Of a DNA stretch of 64,000 bases, positions 53,398 to 64,000 are shown in pieces; the stretch's first letter is position 1; every line of letters begins with the position of its first letter. The DNA lies in NCBI RefSeq assembly GCF_001194135.2, contig NC_068983.1:63301271-63365270 (forward strand), read 5' to 3'. The position numbers and the translations under genes were made by a program. This DNA is from Octopus bimaculoides (Eukaryota). The notes beneath the pieces were generated by a model. It worked only from the letters and a program-made list of their open reading frames with translations. It searched no databases and was not told the DNA's origin.

Positions 53398-55639
53398 GAA
53401 GGAAGGTACGTCTAAGTGGACTGGCTGAGGCCTTAGATTTAGATCTCACTTGGCTTGCTGGATTTTCTCACGCACAGCATTTGGCAGAGTATCTACAGCT
53501 GGATGCCCTTCCTAAACGCCAACCACTCAGAGAGTGTAGTGGGTGCTTTTACGTGTCGACATTTACCACGCAAACTACAATGAAAAAATATGAGTGTGGT
53601 ATATTATATATTATTTTTTGTGCTGGGGTTCCTTGAGACATGTAATTTATTTTAAGGGTTATGCAAGGCTAAAAATATTGAGAAACCCTGCTCTCTATAC
53701 TATCATTTCTTTCACTCCAAATCTTTTCTTCCCATGTAACCAGAAAACAATTTTATTTTTATAAAAATGTGGAAATTAATAGTGGTTTCTAATTTCAACA
53801 AAATACTAATTTTTGTAGAGATCAATATATTGCATTGAATCAACCTAACTTTTACTGGTACTTAACTTATCAAAATCAAAGAAATATTCCTTAATGTTAA
53901 CTATAACATGATTTGAACTCATAAACTAGATTCATTAAATATTATCATTACATTGATCTCATAATCTGCGCTCTCTGACACATCCCATGCTCTCTTATGA
54001 ATATTAATCGCTTGCAATAAGATATGAACTTATTTTTATGTTTAAATATACAATATTTTAATTATCATTCTTTTGTTTTTTTCTATACACATGAAAGGTC
54101 TCTGGGAAATTAGCAAATTTTCTGAAAAAGTATAAAAAGGAATACCTGTAAAGAAATGAATCTTGAAATAATCAGAAGCTAAAAATTCACTGAAGCTTAA
54201 TAATTTTGTAATCTAATGATATTTAATATTAACTTTAATCAGAGGTTCCCCAAAAAATGAAATGTGAATATTTTAAGTCACTAATTAAAACACACAAAAA
54301 CCAAGTAAAATTTTCAATTTACATTTCAGAACAAGAAGAATTTACAATTAATAATGTGAATTTAAGAAGAAAAAAAAGGCAACCTTAACAAAAAAAAAAT
54401 TTTGAATTTCCCTTTTTAATGACTTCATTTATTTAACTTTAACTTCATAATCAAAGTTTCCCTGTGTAGACGAGAATTTTGAAACTATAAAGCTTCTAAC
54501 TACTAGAAATTGTCTAAAAAAATTATATAATCAGATATAGTTGAAATACTATGTGTTTATTGATAATTTTAATTTATGTAAATAAGAAACAACTAAAAGC
54601 TTTAGAACTGAGTATTTTTTTGTAATAAAAAAAAATAAAATAAAGTTTATTTTCAATGAAAGTTATTCCATCAGCATGCTATCCTGAAATATTAATAACC
54701 ACTGAGTAAAGGGAATTAAATGGCAACTTGTTTGGACTTAAGCCATTAAAGTCTTTAGAATTATGGTCACAGAGAGCCACATCAGTAACTGCTTGAAATC
54801 CTATACTGCAGCTCTTTCAGATAATGTTTATCATTAATGTTCCTGGGAAAGGCATCAACACCACACAGTCTCTTTTATTTCCCTCTAGAATTTTAAGGTA
54901 TCTGTATTGGAAGTTAATTAACAATTAAATTGAAACTTTAAACCCAATTTCAAGACAAGGGTCAGGGTCCATTGTTTGTTCCTTTAAATTAGAAAGAAGG
55001 AACATGACTCAGACTAGTGGCCTTAAAATAGAGATTGTGAATCTGAGAATTTATATTTTGCAAGAATAAATGAGAGATGTTCCACAAGGTTGAATTGTAG
55101 AAAAGTTAACAGATGAATTGTGCAGTGTAAATTATTAGTAAAAATATTGTCAAATTTACAGTGAAGTCACTGGTACTTATACAATATTCCTCTGGGTATA
55201 GCACAGTACTTTTGACAACATATGAATAACCAACACTTTTGATGACAGATATACACTAGTCAGCTCATGTAAGTGACTGTGATTCCCATTAGTACTTCAA
55301 TACAAATTCATTAACTACATTTTTTATAAGTATACAAAATTCACAATTCTTGATTTCTTACATTAAGTGTTTCGAGAACTGAAGCAAAGAGGACCAAAGA
55401 ATTAATAACACTAATCCTTCCCTCAGGTTGGAATATATGTCTTGGAAAGAGGTATTAGAGTAGGTGATAAAACACTGTATAATTGGTGACTGTTTTGTTG
55501 TTTGTTTGTGTGTTTCTTCACTTCCTCACTTGTTCACATGGCCGTTTATTTATTCATTAATTACTCAAAAGGTGTTGTAGAATCAAAGGCAGGCTGACAA
55601 TGAAAAAGGCATTTATGGCAGATGAATAGGAGTAGTTAG

Positions 55640-56150
55640 CTGTCAGAGCACCAGTAAAATGCATTCCTTGTAAATTTCAGGCAGCCTGATCAACAGTGGA
55701 GATAGGTGTTCTGAAATCATAGTAGCTAGAATGAGAAATGGATATGAAAAGTTTAGGGTGCTGTCACCTCTGCAAAGTGTACCAATGCCTGTGGACATAC
55801 TGTGATGCAACATAGTAGTGTGTTTGGACATTGAATGCAGATGTTGTAGGATATTTAGGAAGAAATGAAGCAGGTGTGATCTACAAGATGTGCAATGCTA
55901 GTGTAGAAAAATAGCAGGGAACAGATAAATTAGGACCAAAACAAGGCATAAAAGGAATCCATTATAGCAAGCAAGAGAAACAACAATTGTAGTAGACATG
56001 CAATATTGGATGATGGCATATTGGTAAAGAAATTCAAGAAGATCTATGTGGAAAGAAATGGTGGAAGAGGAAGATTGATGAAAACATGGGTGGAAGATTA
56101 ACTTAATCTCTCAAAGGAGATAACAGTGGAGCACAAGTAGCAGAACACTG
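55640..56150 (+). mobile_element. Decayed RTE RT C-terminal fragment
   Basis: TGTTCTGAAATCATAGTAGCTAGAATGAGAAATGGATATGAAAAGTTTAGG translates to CSEIIVARMRNGYEKFR, as in the copy at 34760-35020. Confidence 0.6.
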
Positions 56151-56439
56151 TATTAGAAAGAGCCTGGCTAACCTATTCAAGTATAGAAGAAAAGAGTAAT
56201 AAAAATGACGATAATGAAAAAGTAAATCTATGCATGTGCTTTGAAATGCAAGAGTCTGACTGAATGAGGACAAGTCCAGCACACTTGAGCACTCGTTCAA
56301 CCGATTTAATTAATATCTGATCATTTTTGTTGCATTTTCAGAGAAACAATTTTCAATGGAAGTTTAGTTAATTGAAATGGAATGTAACAACAGCTTCTTT
56401 TTATTTGGAAAATAAGCAGAGGAAATATGAAAGAATTGG

Positions 56440-56770
56440 CTCCTGTACCAGTGGCATATAAAAGCACCCACTACACACTCGGAGTGGTTGGCATTAGGAA
56501 GGGCATCCAGCTGTAGAAATGTTGCCAGATTGGATTTGAGCCTGATGCAGCTGCTGGCTCTCCAGACCTCAGTCAAACCATCCAACCCATGCCAGCATGG
56601 AAAACAAATGTTAAACAATGATGATGATGATGATGTTGGTTTTGCAATGAGAAAGAACCAAGCTGATAAGCTGCATGAGTTACCATCCAATGTGGACAAC
56701 CAAATTATCAAACTCCATTTACTTATGTCATCCAGGCATCAGATGAATTTTTCCTCTGTTTATGCCCCAA
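56440..56770 (+). mobile_element. RTE 3' UTR copy followed by an RTE APE fragment
   Basis: Family A with (GAT)n tail, then VGFAMRKNQADKLHELPSNVDNQIIKL..SVYAPTL. Confidence 0.75.
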
Positions 56771-56869
56771 CTCTTCACTCAATGGAAGTATCATTTTTTT
56801 TTTTTTTTTACAAAAGTCTCAGATTTTCTATTCTTTCTACACTTTTTTGTGGTGATTTTAGTCTTTTAT

Positions 56870-57622
56870 CATTTACTTGTTTCAGTCATTAGACTGCAGC
56901 CATGCTGGGCATACCATAAAGAAGTTTCAGTTGAATGAATCAACTCCAATGCCTTTTTTTTTAAAGCCTGATATGTATTCTACTGGTCTCTTTGGCTGAA
57001 CTGCTATGTAATGAGGACATAAACAAACCAACACCAGTTGTCAAGTTGTGTCAGGGAACAGAGACAAAGGTATACACACACACACACACACACATACATA
57101 CATACATATATATATATCACACACACTTGCAGACCCTCGCGCATGCACACATATTCACCTCCCTTTTTCACTCTCCTGTCTTAGAAAGAACTTTTCCTCC
57201 ACCACTTCCTCTTCCGGTCCTTCCACAATGTAACCTCGTGGACATCGGTGTTGATTTTTTCTTCCTCCGTTTTTCCCTTCTTTGAACTTTCCTTGTTTCC
57301 GACGAAGGGCTCCGCCCGAAACATCATACTCTCTCTCTTTCCTTTCCTGAGCGTCTAATAACACTATCCGTATCACGTCCTCATGTTATTTTTTGTTATT
57401 GTTTTTTGTCTTTTTTTTTAACCTATATATATATATATATATATATACATTTATACAGCAGGCTTCTTTCAGTTTCTGTCTACTAAATCTATTCACAAGG
57501 CTTTAGTTAGCCTGAGGTTATAGTAGAAGACACTTGTCCCCATTGTGTCACAAAGTGTGACTGAACCTTGGAACCATGTGGTTAGGAAGCAAACTTCTTA
57601 CCATACACCCATGCCTGCACCT
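56870..57622 (-). mobile_element. SINE family B split at its internal microsatellite by a PLE-like fragment (57130-57400)
   Basis: The tail half lies at 56870-57125 and the head half at 57420-57622, with a GC-richer insert between them. Confidence 0.7.
57295..57329 (+). ncRNA. Degenerate minimal type I hammerhead ribozyme motif (PLE type)
   Basis: GTTT-CCGACGA-A-GGGC-TCC-GCCC-GAAA-CAT-C-ATAC: stem II perfect, one core change (U4 to C), helix III ACAT versus palindromic ACGT. Confidence 0.5.
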
Positions 57623-58439
57623 ATATGCCAGGAAAACTTACGACTGTAATAAATGGTCTAATTTAGGACATTTTGCTATTGGTAAACTGACCGACAATGG
57701 TCATTCGTTATCTGTTGGAACTATGTTCCAAAATAGCTTTTGCAAATAGAATCATACTGATCCATCACAAGCACAGGCATAAAATGAACTGAACATGTCA
57801 GTTGAAACAGAATATTTTATTAACTTCATGCTTGACATTCACAACCTATTTCGTTTTAAAGTCTTGTATGTGGTAACATGTTGGATGGAGCTCTGAAGCT
57901 GTTGTTAGGAAATAAAGTCCCTTCATGTATTTTTTGTTGGTATAATGAACCTTGCAAGATATGACAAAATTTGTTTTAGCAAGTTCACATCGTGAATCTT
58001 GCAAATCATGAACAAAAACAAAATATCATTAAAATTCTCCATATCTTTCAAAAGTTATAGGTGGTTTCAAATATCATATAATATAGAAAATTAATTACAT
58101 TTTCAATGTTTCAAATTTAAAATTCTATATATTGATATCAAATCATGTTTAAAGTGCTCTACAAGTACTTGTAACGATACTTAGAGACAATTATATTTTC
58201 ACACAAAATATATTGATGGTATATACTGGAATGCTGTTATTAAATTCCTCATTTCAAAGTATGCTATATGACATACCATAGAAGACAGAAATTAAGTCTC
58301 ATATTTAAATACATTTATACAAGATTTATAAAATATATATGCATTTTGCTTAAAAATTAAACTGAAAACTTTTGTAAAATTTCAAATATTGTGGACTCTC
58401 CTGTTGCAGATGAAAGATTAGGGTTCTGCATTTTCTTAC

Positions 58440-58563
58440 TGAACAATTTATACAGAGGATTTGCTTATAGTGATCAAATGTTGTATTGTACATTAGCTCC
58501 CTCCCTCCATCAAATTGACATCGCATGTACGGGTACATGGTATGCCACATGTCAGATGTCAAA
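58440..58563 (-). CDS. Candidate exon (LTSDMWHTMYPYMRCQFDGGRELMYNTTFDHYKQILCINCS)
   Basis: Acceptor gttttgcaatcag, donor TCA|gtaaga, 124 nt, phase 2 to 0, only one open frame. Phase-compatible with 41232-41337. Confidence 0.6.
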
Positions 58564-58696
58564 CTGATTGCAAAACTATATGAAATGAAATGCTTTGCTC
58601 AAGAACACAACACACCAATTTACAATTCATAGAGCATACAATCTGTATTCTTTAGAAATATAAACAAATTTAACCATGAAACAATAAGAAACAATA

Positions 58697-59470
58697 AAGC
58701 GAGTAGCCACATCAAATTGACAAATGAATGTTACTACTAATTTAACCCCAGGGATTATCCCCCAGCTTGTTTACGGTGCAACCTCTGCACCTTTTATGTA
58801 CAATACATCGCTAGCAAGGGAAGCGAACCCCTACTACCCTCCAACAGCTGATAGGATCACGGAACCAGCTGGTTTCAAGTTATTTGGTTCACGTTAGCCA
58901 CGTGCACTTGCACAGTGGAGTGTGGCTAAGATCTGCTTCTGCCAGCGATATATTGTAAACAACGTGACCATCAGTCACTGATTTGCAACAAGCAAAATAC
59001 CTAGTTATAAAATCTCAAGAAGAGATATAGTAATGTATACTAAACCGTAAAGCAAGTAGCCACATCAAAGTGGCAGAGGTATTATACATAAAGGCTGCAG
59101 AGCTTGCACCGAAAACCAGCTGGCGGAGAATCCGCTTGGGGTTAAACTAGTAGTAACATTCATCTGCTACTTTGATGTGGCTACTCACTTTACTGTATAG
59201 TATACCTTACTACTCTATCTCTTCTTGAGATTTTATAACTACCTATTTTGCTTGTTGCAAATCAGTGACTAATGGTCACTTTGTTTGCAATATATCACTG
59301 GCAGATCTTAGCTACAGAAGAAGATCTTAGCTACACTCTACTCCACAGGTGCACGCAGCTGATGTGAGCCAAATAGGACGAAACCGGCCGGTCTCGCGAT
59401 GCTGCCAGCTGTTGGAGGGCAGTAGGAGTTTTCTCCCCCTGCTAGCAATGTATTGCACATAAAAGGTGCA
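58697..59470. mobile_element. Head-to-head inverted duplication of a roughly 350-bp PLE/retrozyme-like unit with hammerhead-like motifs
   Basis: 58783-59078 pairs with 59158-59470, and 58697-58800 pairs with 59086-59191. AAAGC(G/A)AGTAGCCACATCAAA repeats directly at about 58697 and 59049. Confidence 0.85.
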
Positions 59471-59574
59471 GAACTTGTTCCATCTACTCTGCGTTTCGAA
59501 GGCATCGAAATGTGGAGGAACCAGCTACCCATCAAGCCAAGTAAAACCACAGTCATGTAAGATACCAATGCCAC

Positions 59575-59772
59575 GCAAATGGCACCTATGCTGGTGGCAC
59601 ATAAAAGCACCCATTACACTCTCGGAATGGTTAGCATTAGGAAGGGCATCCAGCTATAGAACTGATGCCAAAACAGACTGGAGTCTGGTGCAGCGTTCCT
59701 GTTTGCCAGTCCTGGTCAAACCGTCCAACCCAAGCCAGCATGGACAACGGACATTAGATGATGATGATGATG
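59575..59772 (+). mobile_element. RTE 3' UTR (family A) copy
   Basis: Family A motif with (GAT)n tail. Confidence 0.8.
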
Positions 59773-60599
59773 ATACACCATACCTCTGATATATTGGTAT
59801 ACAACTGAAGGTAGAATTCAAATGATTCAATGTATGTATTTGACTGAAAGCTAAACATTGTTTTTTTACTTTTCATCAACTGCAGATATCACATTATTCC
59901 TTTGGTGTAAATGCTTCAGTCAACAAATTTTTGTCTGTTTGAGGTGGGTAATATAGCAGATTTTCAAATAATAGTACATGTAACAATAAAATTTTTCACA
60001 CACCCTAACCCAATACACCAAACTACATCTTTCTCTTCCTCACATTGCATTTTTTTCATGCACTATGCTTACATGTATCTCTCGCTACCCACTCCTGTAG
60101 CCCAAACCCATCCTCACTGCCTACCCATTGTATCATTGCTATCCTGTTTTCCCTTCTCCCTCAATATACCCAGGTTTCATCAGTCACTGCATTTCCCACT
60201 GCTTTTTGCATTCATGTAAACTCCTTACTCCCTACTTAGACACCCCTAGTAATACTCTACCATTCCATTTATATTCTGATTCCCATACCTTGAGGGTATG
60301 CCCTGGCACATTGCCACCATCTCTCTCCTGCTCTCTGTCTCACCCTTCCTCTCTCTCTCTTCTACTCTCACACTCTCACTCTCTTCCACTTTCTCTCATT
60401 CTTCATCACTCACACACTCTCTCTTTCTTTTGCTCACTCCCTCTGACTGGGTAACCATGTATCCCTTCTACAGGAAAACACCTGTTCCTGTCCTTCTGTC
60501 ACACTCTAACCTCTCATCACCTGGCACTAGGTCACCTCCTCCAATACAGCCCCTCTCAAAAGGTCTTTATCTTGCAAGTTACTTGGTGACTTTGTCAGA

Positions 60600-61450
60600 G
60601 TTGGTACTATGTAAAAAGAATTTAATCCACACTGTAAAACGGTTGGTATTTGGAAGGGCATCCAGCCAAAAAAAAAACTATGCCAAAGCAGATCTCAGTG
60701 GTGCTGGTGCCACATAAAATGCACCAAGGCCACTCTGTAAAGTGGTTGGCATTAGGAAGGCCATCCAGCTCTATAAACCATGCTATAATACATTTCACCA
60801 GTGCTGGGGCCACATAAAAAGCACTCAGTGTACTTTGTAATGTGATTAGCATTACGAAAGGAATCCAGTTGTAAAAATAATGCCAAAACAGATAGTGAAG
60901 TCTGGTGCAGTCTTCTAGCTTGCCAGCTCCTGTCAAACTCCAACCCATGTCAGCATGGAAAATGGCCATATGATGATGATGATATGCACACACATATGTC
61001 TATATACATATACACAAGTAAAGGTTGTAGATTGTTTTCCCATATACACAATACTCTATATGATAATTGTCAGTGATTTGATGCAATACCTTGCAACATA
61101 CAACAATGAAATATCAAAGAAAATACAAAAGCTTCAATTACTGGGCAGAAGATCTGTCCTTCACATCAGAACTGATACTGGTGCTGGTGCCATGTAAAAA
61201 GCACTGGTGCTGGTGCCACATAAAAGGCACTCATGCAAGTGTCACATTAATAACAGTAGTGCCACATAAAATGCACCCAGTACATTCTGTAAAATGGTCA
61301 GCATTAGGAAGAGTATGCCAGAACAATGGAACCAGCCCCCAGCATTACCAGCATCTTTCAAACTGTCTAACCCATGGCAGCATGAAAAACAGACGTTAAA
61401 TGATAATGATGATGATGATCATCATCATCATGATGATCATGATGATCATG

Positions 61451-61496
<46 letters not shown>

Positions 61497-61519
61497 GGAG
61501 GAGGAGGAGGAGGAGGACA

Positions 61520-61560
<41 letters not shown>
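60600..61560 (+). mobile_element. Two tandem family A/RTE UTR copies; the second ends in a long compound GAT/GATCAT/GAG microsatellite
   Basis: Tails at about 60970 and 61400-61560. Confidence 0.7.
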
Positions 61561-63391
61561 GTTGATTATACAGGATTCTTTAAAATGTAAAATGTTATAT
61601 GAAGAGAAAATGACTGTAAAAGAAATAGACCGAACATAAAACCTCTGATATACACAATCTTCCTTTTAACAAGAAACACTGGAGACAAATCAAATACAAC
61701 CATTAAACACAACATTAACATACTAGATACACAAATGACAAAAGTAATCAGACATGAATAACATTTATAATACACTTAGGACCCCGAAAATAAACACAAA
61801 CAACAAATAATGTACTAAGACTTTAAGAACAGATGGACATCATGTTTGGCCAGCACAAAGAAATAACATACCAACTACCTAGGTGATTGCTAACCTAGGT
61901 AGTGCAATAACAACTAATTAAAGTTAAAACTCCGCACCTAGTGTGATTAATTCACTTATAATTCCAGCACTATATTTAACAGTCAAAAAATAGTTTGCAT
62001 TTTTGAAAATAAATGTAAAAACTATTTGTAGCTCCTGAAACAAGCATTTAGATAAGAAAGTAAGCACATCATACAATGCAAGGTCAACATATAACAGAAA
62101 ATGTATTCTAGCTTTACTTGAGATACAGTTTTATAGTTCCATTTTTGTTTTTTTAGCTATTCTAACATGATAAGTAATGTCTTGACCAACGGCAGATAAG
62201 AATTTCCATTTACCTAGGAATTCCTTCATTTAAATTCATTTTGCTTATGTCAAATTAAAAGATAACCAAGTAACAAACATTAGTATTCAAGTTACGAAGA
62301 TAATGTTGCTTCATGAAATGTCACCATCTCATAGTTGTTACATGGAATACTAAGTAAATATTTGGAAATCTCTAGAAAATGCTTTTAAAAATGATCAATA
62401 AATATTTCAGATGAATTTCTTGAAGGAAAAATAAGATGTGAGGCTATAGAAAGAATAGCTGAAATAAGATATTGAATATTTTATATATTTAATAGCATTA
62501 TATATATANNNNNNNNNNNNNNNNNNNNNNNNNNNNNNNNNNNNNNNNNNNNNNNNNNNNNNNNNNNNNNNNNNNNNNNNNNNNNNNNNNNNNNNNNNNN
62601 NNNNNNNNNNNNNNNNNNNNNNNNNNNNNNNNNNNNNNNNNNNNNNNNNNNNNNNNNNNNNNNNNNNNNNNNNNNNNNNNNNNNNNNNNNNNNNNNNNNN
62701 NNNNNNNNNNNNNNNNNNNNNNNNNNNNNNNNNNNNNNNNNNNNNNNNNNNNNNNNNNNNNNNNNNNNNNNNNNNNNNNNNNNNNNNNNNNNNNNNNNNN
62801 NNNNNNNNNNNNNNNNNNNNNNNNNNNNNNNNNNNNNNNNNNNNNNNNNNNNNNNNNNNNNNNNNNNNNNNNNNNNNNNNNNNNNNNNNNNNNNNNNNNN
62901 NNNNNNNNNNNNNNNNNNNNNNNNNNNNNNNNNNNNNNNNNNNNNNNNNNCGGAATACAATTCCTTCTTCAGATATTCTTAGATGGAGTCGCTGCTATAA
63001 TCTGTTTTCCAACAGCTTTTCTTTTTACAGAAACGTCTCAGCAGTGGTCTCACAAAGCTCCTTCCAGAATTCCTCATGAGAAGTGCGTGAGGTCGGCTAT
63101 GTCTCAACCTCGCGTGTGTTGGTACATCTGTAGCGCTGCTTCTAAGTTATGTATTATATGAACAGCTTCCTTTTTTTCCCTCTTCTCTTTTTTTTTTTTT
63201 GTTATAAACAATAGATGAGCATATCAAAAATGAACCTCATGCATCCAAATGTAGCTAAATAATATACTGATTACCAACTTCCAGCCTGTTGTTAATTTGG
63301 GATCCTGGTCCTAGTCTGAAGTAGTCCTAGTCCTAGTCTGTCCACGTTGATGTATCTTCTTTGATATTTCACTGTTGTATGTTGCAAGGTA

Positions 63392-64000
63392 TTGCATCAA
63401 ATCACTGACAATTATCATATAGAGTATTGTGTATATGGGAAAACAATCTACAACCTTTTGTCCATCATCGTGGACAACACCCACTTCGCTTTCCAGGACC
63501 ATATATACAAACAGACAACAGGTCTCCCCATGGGATCCAGACTCTCGGGCCTACTAGCCATCACTTATATGAACCATCTGGAACGTTGCGCACTCAACAT
63601 CTGCCGCTCATGCGCCTTCTTCACCAGGTATGTAGATGACATCCTCATACTCACATGCTCCCATGAAGAGGTTGAGAGAATATTCACAACATTCAAAAAC
63701 ATGGACATAAACATAAAGTTCACTATAGAACATCCCGACATCACTGGATCACTATCATTACTTCACTTCAAACTGAATATAACAGAAGAAGGGAAGATCA
63801 ACACTGAGTTCTACAGGAAAGCAGCCAGTAGAGATAGGTTTGTCCCAATACAATTCAGCACTTCCACTCGATACCAAAATAGGACACGCCAGAAACGAAC
63901 TTGCACACATCCAAGGCCAATGAGGCAGAACGAAGGAGAAGGTGACACATACTACATGCTTCCTAGATATATTGAAAACCAAAGGGTACCCTAGATCCAT
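63392..64000 (+). mobile_element. Penelope-like element reverse transcriptase, 5'-truncated, frameshifted near 63845, running off the window
   Basis: LLSIIVDNTHFAFQDHIYKQTTGLPMGSRLSGLLAITYM, FTRYVDD, IKFTIEHP and FYRK; after the frameshift YNSALPLDTKIGHARNEL. All are PLE RT hallmarks. Confidence 0.92.

Larger units (their letters stand above)
51345..53690. mobile_element. hAT (Charlie-like) non-autonomous element with nested insertions
   Basis: Ends CAGCGTTTCTTAACCT and ATATTGAGAAACCCTG; left flank CTCTATAC, right flank CT-CTCTATAC (8-bp TSD with a 2-nt slip). Confidence 0.7.

Noticed and set aside
52761-53400. Regular repeats as a CRISPR-like array
   Set aside because: The units are contiguous with no unique spacers, the context is eukaryotic and there are no cas genes.
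62951-63150. GC-richer segment after the gap with an acceptor-like TTTTCTTTTTACAG and a GAAACGTC motif
   Set aside because: The frame closes after 19 codons, no hammerhead 5' core is present and the context is truncated by the gap, so it cannot be assigned.

Overview
AT-rich, microsatellite-dense animal genomic DNA with four assembly gaps (9647-10556, 25067-25145, 52313-52760, 62509-62950). The SINE families and RTE 3' ends look like those of octopod cephalopods (recognition from memory, not a database result). Most of the window is decayed mobile DNA: RTE LINE fragments and their (GAT)n-tailed 3' UTRs, two tRNA-derived SINE families, two Dong/R4-like and one HERO-like RLE retrotransposon fragments, a Penelope-like (PLE) RT at the right edge, and Tc1, maT/DD37D, mariner, pogo-like, hAT and piggyBac-type DNA-transposon remnants. 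Nearly all listed six-frame ORFs are artefacts of microsatellites, gaps or TE remnants. A handful of small stop-free segments with canonical splice sites on the minus strand suggest a large, intron-rich host gene of unidentified product (best exon 2430-2531; 58440-58563 and 41232-41337 are phase-compatible and together give a PH-like pattern). The most unusual features are (i) five long foldback/inverted-repeat elements, two within about 145 nt of candidate exons, (ii) three different degenerate Penelope-type hammerhead ribozyme motifs, one inside a roughly 350-bp retrozyme-like unit arranged head-to-head, and (iii) a 108-bp near-identical inverted copy of nearby DNA fused in frame to the 5' end of the PLE RT.
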